A stretch of 64,000 nt of DNA from an uncultured SAR86 cluster bacterium (GCA_902525635.1 CABZHV010000001.1:76347-140346); one strand, 5' to 3'; counted from the stretch's first letter, positions 9,820 through 18,633 are shown. Made by a program: numbers and translations. Notes: generated by a model from the letters alone, not told the origin.

Positions 9820-10538
9820 AACCTAAATTTCTTGGAAAGAATAATAAAAGTCAAAATAAAAGAGGTAAAAATCTTCTAGATATTATTGATAGGGTATCTT
9901 TAGATATTAAATATGGATTAGATATATGGAATGTTTATGATTTTATGTATCTTGATAATAATAAAATTCCAAGTCTTAGTGTATTAGAAATATCTATTCC
10001 AGCCAGCTCAAAATTTTTAATTGAATCAAAATCCATGAAGTTATATCTAAATCATTTTTATAACAAATCATATAAATCAAAAAATGAAATTATTAGAAAA
10101 ATTAAAAAAGATATTGAAAGTAAAATTAAAATTAGAATAAAAGTTAATTTTATAGATACCTTCATCAAGGAACCTAAATTTATATATTTAAATAATTTTA
10201 AGTTAAAGAAAACTCCAATTAATAAAGTCATTAAATTCAATGGATTTAGATCTATATGTCCTGTTACATCTCAACCAGATTTTGCAAACATCTATATATA
10301 CTCCAATGAAAGTTTTGATTCTCTTTGGTTAAAAAAATATTTAATCTCGTTTTCAGATCATGGTGGCTTTCATGAGCAATGTATCGAATTAATATTTAAA
10401 GAATTAATAAAAAAGTATAAGATAAAACATCTTGAAATTTGTGGTCGTTTTCAAAGAAGAGGTGGGATTGATATCAATCCAATTAGGGGGACTCATCAAA
10501 AAAAGATGTTTATAAATTTTCGAGAGTTTAATCAATAA
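9816..10538 (+). CDS. queF: NADPH-dependent 7-cyano-7-deazaguanine (preQ0) reductase
   Basis: QueF motif ESKSMKLYL, catalytic Cys context ICPVTSQPDFA and downstream FHEQC are present. An ATGA overlap links it to the upstream permease gene. Confidence 0.85.
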   Translation: MKPKFLGKNNKSQNKRGKNLLDIIDRVSLDIKYGLDIWNVYDFMYLDNNKIPSLSVLEISIPASSKFLIESKSMKLYLNHFYNKSYKSKNEIIRKIKKDIESKIKIRIKVNFIDTFIKEPKFIYLNNFKLKKTPINKVIKFNGFRSICPVTSQPDFANIYIYSNESFDSLWLKKYLISFSDHGGFHEQCIELIFKELIKKYKIKHLEICGRFQRRGGIDINPIRGTHQKKMFINFREFNQ

Positions 10539-10564
10539 TAACTTTCAATAAACAAGGAGATAAA

Positions 10565-11005
10565 ATGAAAAAATTATTACTATTAACCCTAACATTTTCT
10601 TTACCACATTTATTTGCGGAAATTTGGGAAGATTACAAACCTTCAGAAACGCAAATTCAATTAACTGTTATCGATGTTCAATCTAATTATTTAGATAATT
10701 ATTTAGTAAATTTAAAAAGAACTTGGGTTAGATCTGTAGAAATTCAAAAAGAATTAGGTCATATTATGGACTACGGTGTTTATGTTTCAGATGGTGCAAG
10801 CAGCCCAAATGTTTGGTTAACTATTAGTTATAAGAACATGGCTGCAATGGAACAAACGAAAGAGAAATATGATGCAGTTAACAAAGTTCTTGAAGAAAGA
10901 TATGGTGACGACGAAGAAGAATTAGATAAAATCTCTAAAGGATATGAAGAAATAAGAACTATGATTGATAATCAAAGGATAAATCAAGTAATTTTTGAAA
11001 TGTAA
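10565..11005 (+). CDS. Secreted hypothetical protein
   Basis: A GGAGA Shine-Dalgarno lies upstream. The N-terminal signal peptide is MKKLLLLTLTFSLPHLFA. A strong terminator follows. No family recognised. Confidence 0.7.
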   Translation: MKKLLLLTLTFSLPHLFAEIWEDYKPSETQIQLTVIDVQSNYLDNYLVNLKRTWVRSVEIQKELGHIMDYGVYVSDGASSPNVWLTISYKNMAAMEQTKEKYDAVNKVLEERYGDDEEELDKISKGYEEIRTMIDNQRINQVIFEM

Positions 11006-11012
11006 CTAATGT

Positions 11013-11045
11013 TGCCTGCTTAATTAAAATAAGCAGGCATTTTTT
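11013..11045 (+). terminator. Rho-independent terminator
   Basis: 10-bp stem TGCCTGCTTA / TAAGCAGGCA, 7-nt loop, then TTTTTT. It abuts the 3' end of the convergent tRNA-Ser. Confidence 0.85.
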
Positions 11046-11129
11046 GGCGGAAGGTGAGGGAATCGAACCCCCGCGCCGTTGCCGACGACACCTTTCCAAG
11101 GTGCTGCATTACCGCTCTGCCAACCTTCC
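11045..11129 (-). tRNA. tRNA-Ser (anticodon GGA)
   Basis: The reverse complement reads GGAAGGT...ACCTTCCGCCA. It has anticodon loop TTGGAAA, a long variable arm, a GTTCGATTC T-loop and an encoded CCA. Confidence 0.92.
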
Positions 11130-11189
11130 TAAATCAGCCGATAATTATACTTCTTTAACTAGACTTAATCTTTCAAAATATATTAATTA

Positions 11190-11218
11190 TTGACTACTGT
11201 ATATATATACAGTAATAT
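11190..11218 (+). promoter_or_regulatory. Sigma70-type promoter (TTGACT-17 bp-TAATAT) with a perfect consensus LexA/SOS operator in the spacer
   Basis: TACTGTATATATATACAGTA at 11195-11214 equals the idealised TACTG(TA)5CAGTA. The -35 is at 11190-11195 and the -10 at 11213-11218. Confidence 0.75.
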
Positions 11219-11224
11219 ATTAAT

Positions 11225-11443
11225 ATGAATAACTTATTATATTTAAATAACGACCCAATTATTTTGGAACTTAACAACTCTGTTGATAAAAATTCAACCA
11301 TGAAGATGGTTGCCTTCAAACATTTTAATAATGATATGAGCTTACTTAATAAATATTTAGAAGATAATAACTATCATATTAATTCAGATGCTTATCGAGG
11401 CAATCTAATTAATCCAAAGTCGCAATTAGAATTTACTTTTTAA
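11225..11443 (+). CDS. Orphan 72-aa protein downstream of the SOS box, possibly translated from a leaderless mRNA
   Basis: A 72-codon open frame in stop-rich AT-rich DNA. The ATG lies 7 nt after the -10 hexamer. There is no SD, hydrophobic segment or recognisable family. Confidence 0.5.
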   Translation: MNNLLYLNNDPIILELNNSVDKNSTMKMVAFKHFNNDMSLLNKYLEDNNYHINSDAYRGNLINPKSQLEFTF

Positions 11444-11486
11444 TTGAATAAAATTTATTTAATTTACAACCTTAAGTGTATATAAT

Positions 11487-11667
11487 TTAATTTGGTGTCT
11501 TGTATAGAAGTTTTTTAAGGGGACTCTTATACATTTTATTACTACCCTGAACATGGAGGTGGTCCTATTAGTATTTATTTAACAACAGGAGACGGAGGAT
11601 TTGCCTTTTGACAGGGGTAAATTTTTAGTTTCCGACTAACAATTGTTACTAACAAAAGTTAGTTTTT
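11487..11667 (+). promoter_or_regulatory. Candidate structured leader / riboswitch-like or sRNA element upstream of the EamA gene
   Basis: It is locally GC-enriched with no credible ORF. Competing helices include TACCCTG (11543-11549) / CAGGGGTA (11612-11619). GGGGT (11614-11618) can pair ACCCC (11669-11673), the terminator 5' arm. Two ACTAAC copies (11635-11640, 11648-11653) compete for one GTTAGT (11658-11663). Confidence 0.4.
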
Positions 11668-11700
11668 AACCCCCATTTATATGGGGGTTTTTATTTTTTT
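11668..11700 (+). terminator. Rho-independent terminator / expression platform directly abutting the EamA start codon
   Basis: Stem AACCCCCA / TGGGGGTT, loop TTTATA, then TTTTTATTTTTTT. The GGGGG in the 3' arm is the only SD-like sequence before ATG 11701. Confidence 0.8.
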
Positions 11701-12582
11701 ATGGAACTTAAGTATTGGTTAGTTTTAACACTTCTTGGGGCTATTTGGGGTAGTGCATTTATTTTTATAAAGATCGCAGCTCCAGAGTTTGGTGCCATAC
11801 CTTTAGTTCAAGCTAGACTTGTAATCGCTTCATTAGTTTTTTTACCAGTTTTATTAAAAAAAGAATATTTGCAACTATTAAAACCTGCGTGGAAACATTC
11901 ACTTGTTTTGGCAATAACAAATAATGCAATACCTTTTACTCTTTTTTCGTATGGAAGTTTTGGTGCTGATTCAAATATACTAGCAATACTCAATTCAACA
12001 ACCGCATTTAATACAATGATTATTGCTTTTTTATGGTTAAATGAAAAAATTACTTTAAAACAGGTTTTTGGTCTTGTGCTTGGTTTTATAGGAGTAATTA
12101 TTTTAGTCAATCCTGAATCGTCGACAACTCAAATTTTCTCGGCATTGTTATGCTTAGTAGGGGCAGCTTGCTATTCCTTCTCTACTGTATTTATTCAAAA
12201 ATTTTCAAAAACTATGGATAAATTTGTACTGATAGGTTGGTCAATTGTATTTAGCTGTTTCATTATGGCACCATTTACTTTATGTAATCTTCCACCTGTT
12301 CTTCCATCATCAAAAGCTATTTTATCTGCTACATGGCTTGGCGCTGTGTCTACTGGACTTGCATTTTTTGGTTATGTATATTTAATTGAAAAGATTGGAG
12401 CAGTTAAAACATCTACTGTTGCATATTTTTTACCTATTTTTGGAATAATATGGGGTGCAATTTTTCTTAAAGAAATTATATCAATTGGCATCATTTTAGG
12501 ATGCATGACAATTCTAGTTGGTGTTTTCCTTGCAACATCAAATAAACGTAATAAAATTCCAAGAGAATTACATGCAAACTAA
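11701..12582 (+). CDS. EamA/DMT-family transporter
   Basis: Ten hydrophobic segments in 293 aa with a two-fold EamA repeat architecture. The N-terminus LLGAIWGSAFIFIKIA is typical. Confidence 0.88.
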   Translation: MELKYWLVLTLLGAIWGSAFIFIKIAAPEFGAIPLVQARLVIASLVFLPVLLKKEYLQLLKPAWKHSLVLAITNNAIPFTLFSYGSFGADSNILAILNSTTAFNTMIIAFLWLNEKITLKQVFGLVLGFIGVIILVNPESSTTQIFSALLCLVGAACYSFSTVFIQKFSKTMDKFVLIGWSIVFSCFIMAPFTLCNLPPVLPSSKAILSATWLGAVSTGLAFFGYVYLIEKIGAVKTSTVAYFLPIFGIIWGAIFLKEIISIGIILGCMTILVGVFLATSNKRNKIPRELHAN

Positions 12583-12958
12583 AACCTTAAATATATTGCT
12601 ACAAGAAGCAAATAATTTAGTCGAAAGACTAAATTATGCAGAAGCATTAAAATTAATTGAAACTTCTAAAACTATCATAATCGATGTACGTGAAGAATCA
12701 GAAGTTTTTAATCAAGGAATAATAAAAGGAGCAATTCATATTCCAAGAGGATTAATAGAATTTAAATTAGCACCAGATTCAAGTGATAACCCCATGCATA
12801 TTGATGATGAAACTAACTTACTACTATATTGTGCAGGTGGATATAGGTCAGCTTTAGCTGCGAAAACCTTACTGGATCTTGGATATAAAAATGTTTATAA
12901 CATTGGTGGGTTTAATGAATGGTGCAATTCAGGAGGAGAAATTCAAGCCCATTTATAA
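12572..12958 (+). CDS. Rhodanese-domain sulfurtransferase
   Basis: Active-site loop CAGGYRS. I prefer ATG 12572 (MQTKTL...), which overlaps the EamA stop by 11 nt. The track ORF is open from 12518. Confidence 0.85.
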   Translation: MQTKTLNILLQEANNLVERLNYAEALKLIETSKTIIIDVREESEVFNQGIIKGAIHIPRGLIEFKLAPDSSDNPMHIDDETNLLLYCAGGYRSALAAKTLLDLGYKNVYNIGGFNEWCNSGGEIQAHL

Positions 12959-12998
12959 CATTTATTGTATAATTTACAAATAAACTTGGGGGTTTAAT

Positions 12999-15437
12999 AT
13001 GCGCTACATAATTGGCACTTTTTTATTTAGTTTTTTAATTTTACCAGCAATCGTCCATTCTCAAGATTCTACTTTCAGTGTGGAGGAAGTTATTGTTACT
13101 GCAACAAAAACAGAAAAAACATTACAAGAGGTTCCTGTTGCTGTTTCAGTAGTGACAGCAGATACTATTGAAAAAGCAAACATTACAGATATTTATGATT
13201 TGAGGTCAATAATACCTTCATTAGACTCAAGAAGGTTTACAACGCCAACAGAGGCAACATATGTTATTAGAGGATTTGGTAATGGTTCTTACAATCCAGG
13301 CATTGAACCCTCTGTAGCTGTATTTATTGATGGTGTTTATCGTTCGTCAATGCAAGCACAAATTGCTGATTTGCCTGCAATTGAAAGAATAGAAGTTTTG
13401 AGAGGACCTCAAAGTACGTTATTTGGAAAAAATGCTACAGCTGGCGTTATTAATGTTGTTACTAAAAAACCTTCTTTTGAAAAATCAAGCTATGTAACGG
13501 CATCAGTTGGATCAAATAATATGAAAAAGTTTAAATATTATACAACTGGACCACTTAATGAAACAGTTGCATATAGCCTTTATGGCAATTTTCATAAAGC
13601 AGATGGCCATTCTGAAAATATGATAACAGGTAATACTTCAAATACTCGAGATAGATTTTCTTTTAGAGGAGAATTATTTTTTGAATTATCAAACGATGCT
13701 ACCTTGAGAGTTACTGGTGATTTTGATGAATATGATGAGATATGCTGTGCTGTAGGAAGTGCAAATTATGGCGTTGGAAACCAGGTTCAAGCTCTGTTAG
13801 GTGGTGGAATAATTCCAAACGATCCTTTTACTGAAAAAGTGTTTTTTGATTTTGATCCTGTAACAGAGGGAGATAACTCGGGCATATCACTGCATTATAA
13901 AAAAGATAGAGATGGAAATACTTTGGAGAGCATAACTTCTGTAAGAAATTCATTTAATGAAAATGTTCAAGATGTTGATTTTGATGGGTCGCCAACTGTT
14001 GCTCCAAGCCCGTTATCAAAAGATTTAGAGGCCGTTACTCAAGAATTTAGACTTTATTCAAATAATAACGAAAAAGTGAATTGGTTGGTTGGAGCATATT
14101 ATTATCAAGAGGATATGGTCTTTAATGAATCTATATATTTTGGTCCAACATGGAGAACATATGTAGATGCATTCCTTCCTGCAGGTACAATCAGTGGAAT
14201 TGCTGCAGCCTTTGGAATACCAGACTCTGTTCTTTTTGCAAGTGGTCAAGGTGGTACTGAATCAGCAACACAAGATAATACAACTACCTCAATATTTGGA
14301 CAATTAGATATTAAATTATCAGAAAAACTAAGTGCTATTATTGGCGTGAGTTACATGGAAGATGAAAAGACTGTTTCATATTCCCAGATCAATACAGACG
14401 TATTATCAAATTTGGACTTTATTGGAGCAGGTACCTTGGGTTTAATAGCTGCTGGTTTCCCACCTGCACAGGCCTCAGTTCTAGCTCTAGATCCAGCATT
14501 TAATCCCCTTGCTGCTTTAACAGGACTTCAATTAGTTCCGCAGTTTACTAATTTCCCAAATGCAGCTCAGGATGGAAAAAGTAAAGATGATAATGTTGAT
14601 TACACATTTAAATTATCATATTCAGTAAATGAAGCAATTTCAGTTTATGGAGGTATTTCTACTGGGTTCAAAGCATCTGCTTGGAATATTTCACGAAACT
14701 CAGATGCTGATGCAACTGAAGTAGCAGGTTTAATTGCAGCTGGGACACCTCCCAGTCCAAATAGATCAGTTGGAAGAAGATATGCTGGACCAGAAGAGGC
14801 TGAGGTAGTCGAATTGGGAGCAAAAATATATTTACCGTCAGGCTACTTGAATATTGCAGTATTTGACCAAACTATAGATGGTTTTCAATCAAATACTTTC
14901 ATTGGAACAGGTTTTGTTTTAGCAAACGCAGGTTCACAATCTGCTGATGGTTATGAATTTGATCTAGTTTATTCACCATTAGAAAATATTGATATCACCA
15001 TGAGTGGTACATTTTTAGATCCCATTTATGATTCATTTCCTGGATCTGCATTTGGTGATTTAACAGGAACAACTCCGTCGAATATTCCAGAGGATACAAT
15101 TGCTACATCAGTAACTTGGAACTGGAATATGAATGGATGGGATGGCTTTACAAGACTATCTCATCTTTACTCAAGTGAAGCTGTACTACTTGAAAATACA
15201 CAAGCACAAGCAATCATAGAATCCCAAGGAAACGGTACTAGAGAAATGGACACTTTAAATTTCTCAGCGGGAATTGAAAAAGACAATTTATCTGTAAGTT
15301 TATACGGACAAAATATTAATGATGATGAATATTTAACGTCTGCTTTTGTCGCAGTTGTTGATTTCACTCAAACAACTTATTTTGGTTATCCAAATAACTA
15401 TGCTACCTATGGTTTAAATGTGAACTATAAATTTTAA
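12999..15437 (+). CDS. TonB-dependent outer-membrane receptor
   Basis: Signal peptide, TonB-box-like EEVIVTAT, and plug motifs (RGPQSTLFGKNATAGVINV) are present. A long beta-barrel ends in the aromatic ...NYKF. Confidence 0.95.
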   Translation: MRYIIGTFLFSFLILPAIVHSQDSTFSVEEVIVTATKTEKTLQEVPVAVSVVTADTIEKANITDIYDLRSIIPSLDSRRFTTPTEATYVIRGFGNGSYNPGIEPSVAVFIDGVYRSSMQAQIADLPAIERIEVLRGPQSTLFGKNATAGVINVVTKKPSFEKSSYVTASVGSNNMKKFKYYTTGPLNETVAYSLYGNFHKADGHSENMITGNTSNTRDRFSFRGELFFELSNDATLRVTGDFDEYDEICCAVGSANYGVGNQVQALLGGGIIPNDPFTEKVFFDFDPVTEGDNSGISLHYKKDRDGNTLESITSVRNSFNENVQDVDFDGSPTVAPSPLSKDLEAVTQEFRLYSNNNEKVNWLVGAYYYQEDMVFNESIYFGPTWRTYVDAFLPAGTISGIAAAFGIPDSVLFASGQGGTESATQDNTTTSIFGQLDIKLSEKLSAIIGVSYMEDEKTVSYSQINTDVLSNLDFIGAGTLGLIAAGFPPAQASVLALDPAFNPLAALTGLQLVPQFTNFPNAAQDGKSKDDNVDYTFKLSYSVNEAISVYGGISTGFKASAWNISRNSDADATEVAGLIAAGTPPSPNRSVGRRYAGPEEAEVVELGAKIYLPSGYLNIAVFDQTIDGFQSNTFIGTGFVLANAGSQSADGYEFDLVYSPLENIDITMSGTFLDPIYDSFPGSAFGDLTGTTPSNIPEDTIATSVTWNWNMNGWDGFTRLSHLYSSEAVLLENTQAQAIIESQGNGTREMDTLNFSAGIEKDNLSVSLYGQNINDDEYLTSAFVAVVDFTQTTYFGYPNNYATYGLNVNYKF

Positions 15438-15452
15438 TTGTCTAAACAAATA

Positions 15453-15482
15453 AAAGGGGATTCATTTGAATCCCTTTTTTAT
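15453..15482 (+). terminator. Rho-independent terminator
   Basis: Stem AAAGGGGATTC / GAATCCCTTT, loop ATTT, then a T-run. It ends at the 3' end of the convergent tRNA-Arg. Confidence 0.85.
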
Positions 15483-15559
15483 TGGCGCGCCCGGGAAGAT
15501 TCGAACTCCCGACCCCTTGGTTCGAAGCCAAGTACTCTGTCCAACTGAGCTACAGGCGC
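15483..15559 (-). tRNA. tRNA-Arg (anticodon TCG)
   Basis: The reverse complement reads GCGCCTGTAGCTCAGTTGGA...CTTGG-CTTCGAA-CCAAG...GGGCGCGCCA. It folds as a cloverleaf with an encoded CCA. Confidence 0.92.
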
Positions 15560-15675
15560 AAAGAATGATATAGATTAGTTCAATCTAGAAAAAGTATCAA
15601 AATATTTTTTTATAAACATTGTCATAAGATATATCAAATTTTATAATTATTCTTGAATTGTTATGGGGAGCAACA

Positions 15676-17823
15676 ATGAAATACCTAAGAAATACAGTAT
15701 TATTATTTGTAGTTTTATATATAGCTACGCTTGGTCTTATAGCAATAGATGTTTACGACAGTAGACCTGTCTTAAGTTTATTTAAAAAATTACAATCTAA
15801 TTCTGCACTTGAAGTTGTTGATTTTTCTACTGAAAAACCACAAATTCAAAAAGCTAGACCTACTCCAAATGTAAATAGAAATCCATATTATGGAGATTTG
15901 CATGTTCATACAAAATATTCTTTTGATGCATATGTATTTGGAGTTACTGCATCTCCTGATGATGCATATCGATATGCTAAAGGAGCTAGCATAAAACATC
16001 CTCTGGGATATGAAATGCAATTAAGAGAACCTTTAGATTTTTATGCTGTTACAGATCATGGTTTTTATATGGGCATGATTCAAGCTTATGCTGATACTTC
16101 TACAGATATTTCTCAAAATGAATTTGCAAAACCATTTCATGATTTAAATAGACTAGATAATTTAACAGTTGAGTCTGCTGGGATCAGATCAAATATATTT
16201 AGTTCAGTTCTTGGTGCAACAATTATTCAACCCTATCCAGATTGGCATCCTAAGTTATTAAAGGCATATTTTTCTCGAAATACTCAAGGAGCATTAAAAT
16301 CTTTTGATTATAATATCCATAAATCTGCGTGGGCAGATGTTGCACGATCTGCAAATGAGCATAATGATCCTGGTAATTTTACTACTTTTATAGGATATGA
16401 ATTTACAACATCTACAGATATTGAAGGCGGGAATTTGCATAGAAATGTTATCTTTAACTCATCTAAAGCCTCTGTAAGGCCATGGACAAGAATAGACTCA
16501 ATAAATCCTGAGGATTTATGGACGTGGCAAGACAATCTAAGAGAAAGAGGAGTAGATACAATATCAATGCCACATAATTCCAATGGTTCTAATGGTCAAA
16601 TGTTTGAAATGGAGACATTTAAAGGAAATGCTCTTGATATAGAGTATGCAAATAAAAGGATGAGAAATGAACCAATAGTTGAAATAACTCAAGTTAAAGG
16701 AACCTCAGAAACACACCCTCTATTGTCACCAGATGATGATTGGGCAGATTTTGAAATAATGGATACAAGGGTGGGAAGCATTCCTCCCACATATAGTAAA
16801 CCCTCAGGGTCATATGTTAGAGAAGCTTATTTGAATGGTTTAACTCTAGAATTTACTAGACAGGGAAATCCATATAAATTTGGATTAATTGGCTCAACTG
16901 ATACTCACGTTGCTGCCGCTTCACTTGATGAATCTAATTATTGGTCAAAAGTAGGACTACTTGATGGTACACCTGAAAGCAGGGGTTCAATTCCTCTTGC
17001 AGAAGAAAATGTTGCAAGATTAGAAGAATACATGAGAGCATTTAATCAACCAATGAGCACGGTGAATTTTGATGAGGGTCAGTATGCAAATACAGGTTTT
17101 ACACAATGGGGAGCTTCTGGCTTAGCAGTTGCTTGGGCTGAGGAGAATACCAGAGAATCCATTTTTAATGCATTCAGAAGAAAAGAAACTTTTGCGACAA
17201 CAGGAACAAGAATAGCTCTAAGATTTTTTGGTGGCTATAATTTATCCTCAATTGATCTTAATTCAGATACATTGGTAAGCGAAGCATATGAGAAAGGCGT
17301 AACAATGGGTTCCGATTTGCTTAATGATGATAATAAAACTCCTGAATTTATTGTTTGGGCTCAAAGAGATAAAAATGGCGCCCCACTGCAAAGAGTTCAG
17401 ATCATAAAAGGATGGATTGATTTCAACAGCGGAAGACCGTCTGAAAAAGTTTTTGATATAGCTTGTTCGGATGGTTTAGAACCTGACCCAATCACAAACA
17501 GATGTCCAGATAATGGAGCAAAGGTTAATATAAATGACTGCTCAATAAGTTCAAATGTTGGTTCATCTGAGTTAAAAACCGTTTGGAGAGATCCAGAATT
17601 TAAACCAACTGACAAAATATTCTATTATGTTCGTGTGCTTGAAAATCCATCATGCAGATGGAGTACATGGGATGCAATTAAATCAGGATTTAAACCAAGA
17701 GAGGACCTACATGAAACAATACAAGAAAGAGCATGGTCATCTCCAATTTGGTACATTCCTGAGGAATCAGATGTTGAAGTAGTTCCTCTTGGTGGAACAA
17801 TAGAGCTCAGAACCATTGATTAG
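15676..17823 (+). CDS. DUF3604-family (PHP-like predicted metallo-hydrolase) protein with an N-terminal membrane anchor or signal
   Basis: YYGDLHVHTKYSFDAY is the PHP-type metal motif that opens DUF3604. A GGGGAG SD lies 6 nt before ATG 15676. The track ORF starts at TTG 15658. Confidence 0.85.
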   Translation: MKYLRNTVLLFVVLYIATLGLIAIDVYDSRPVLSLFKKLQSNSALEVVDFSTEKPQIQKARPTPNVNRNPYYGDLHVHTKYSFDAYVFGVTASPDDAYRYAKGASIKHPLGYEMQLREPLDFYAVTDHGFYMGMIQAYADTSTDISQNEFAKPFHDLNRLDNLTVESAGIRSNIFSSVLGATIIQPYPDWHPKLLKAYFSRNTQGALKSFDYNIHKSAWADVARSANEHNDPGNFTTFIGYEFTTSTDIEGGNLHRNVIFNSSKASVRPWTRIDSINPEDLWTWQDNLRERGVDTISMPHNSNGSNGQMFEMETFKGNALDIEYANKRMRNEPIVEITQVKGTSETHPLLSPDDDWADFEIMDTRVGSIPPTYSKPSGSYVREAYLNGLTLEFTRQGNPYKFGLIGSTDTHVAAASLDESNYWSKVGLLDGTPESRGSIPLAEENVARLEEYMRAFNQPMSTVNFDEGQYANTGFTQWGASGLAVAWAEENTRESIFNAFRRKETFATTGTRIALRFFGGYNLSSIDLNSDTLVSEAYEKGVTMGSDLLNDDNKTPEFIVWAQRDKNGAPLQRVQIIKGWIDFNSGRPSEKVFDIACSDGLEPDPITNRCPDNGAKVNINDCSISSNVGSSELKTVWRDPEFKPTDKIFYYVRVLENPSCRWSTWDAIKSGFKPREDLHETIQERAWSSPIWYIPEESDVEVVPLGGTIELRTID

Positions 17824-17838
17824 ACATAATTAATTAAA

Positions 17839-18633
17839 TTGAAATATAAAATACCTTTATTCTTTGTAATCGGCCTTATTTTATACTTAGTCGACGTAAT
17901 ATTTAATTCAGGTAACGAAAAAGAAATTTTTATAAGTGATCAAGAAATTATTAGTCTTGTTAGCGCCTGGAAGTCTCAAGTTGGTAGAAATCCAAACGAT
18001 GATGAAATTGCAAGAATTATAAATAATCTTGTTGAAGAGGAAATCTTGTACAGAGAAGCACTTAAACTAGGTTTAGACAAAGAAGACAGGATCATCAAAA
18101 GAAGACTCGCTCAAAAAATTTCATTTCTTAAGCAAGAATCAAATCCTAATTCACCATCAAATGATGAGTTAATTAAATTCTTTAATGATAATAGAGAAAA
18201 GTATTTTATTAGTGCAACATATACATTCACACATTATTTTTTCTCATCAGAAAAAAACTCTGAAGAACGTTCATTAGCTGCTTACAAGGATATTAACAAT
18301 AACCAAAATATTAAGGCTGATCCTTTTTTCCTTGGAAAGAATTTTGTAGACGTTAACTTGCGAAAAATACAAAGTGAATTTGGGGATGAATTTAGCTCTT
18401 ATTTTAACAATATTGAATTAAATAAGTGGATTGGCCCGATTCAATCTCCTTTTGGGCATCACATTATCTACGTAAATAATTATAAAAATGCATATCTTCC
18501 AGATATTAATAATGTCTTAAAGCAAGTAGAAATAGATTTATTACAAGACAAACGAGACAAAGGCTTAAAAGAATACCTTAACAATATTAAATCTGAATAT
18601 ACAATATATATTAATCCTGAACTGCAAATTTAA
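17839..18633 (+). CDS. Parvulin/PpiC-like peptidyl-prolyl isomerase-like protein, membrane-anchored
   Basis: It has an N-terminal hydrophobic anchor. The C-terminal segment GPIQSPFGHHIIYV resembles a rotamase domain. TTG start. Confidence 0.65.
   Translation: MKYKIPLFFVIGLILYLVDVIFNSGNEKEIFISDQEIISLVSAWKSQVGRNPNDDEIARIINNLVEEEILYREALKLGLDKEDRIIKRRLAQKISFLKQESNPNSPSNDELIKFFNDNREKYFISATYTFTHYFFSSEKNSEERSLAAYKDINNNQNIKADPFFLGKNFVDVNLRKIQSEFGDEFSSYFNNIELNKWIGPIQSPFGHHIIYVNNYKNAYLPDINNVLKQVEIDLLQDKRDKGLKEYLNNIKSEYTIYINPELQI

Noticed and set aside
11552-11581. A 9-codon upstream ORF (MEVVLLVFI) inside the EamA leader as a leader peptide for attenuation.
   Set aside because: It has no SD and no run of regulatory codons. 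The RNA-structure explanation fits better.
11608-11613. A consensus TTGACA -35 hexamer inside the leader as an internal promoter for the EamA gene.
   Set aside because: No acceptable -10 hexamer lies 16-18 bp downstream (TCCGAC/CCGACT).
11487-11700. Assigning the leader to a known riboswitch class (TPP, glycine, preQ1-I, ykkC/guanidine-I, SAM-II/V, glutamine) or to 6S or SRP RNA.
   Set aside because: Only short fragmentary resemblances exist, such as ACGGAGGA, GACAGG and ACTAACAAAAG. Hallmark blocks are absent, including CUGAGA, GGUCAGGUCCGGAAGGAAGCAGCC and UAUAAU...CCGUAAA. It needs an Infernal search.
12961-12990. The imperfect inverted repeat TTATTGTA-N5-TACAAATAA upstream of the TonB-dependent receptor as a Fur box.
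   Set aside because: It does not match the GATAATGATAATCATTATC consensus beyond being AT-rich. AT-rich palindromes arise easily in this genome.
15571-15587. The palindrome TAGATT-AGTTC-AATCTA between tRNA-Arg(TCG) and the DUF3604 gene as an operator.
   Set aside because: It is short and AT-rich with no known matching regulator motif. It sits where the tRNA promoter is expected. It is unsupported without comparative data.
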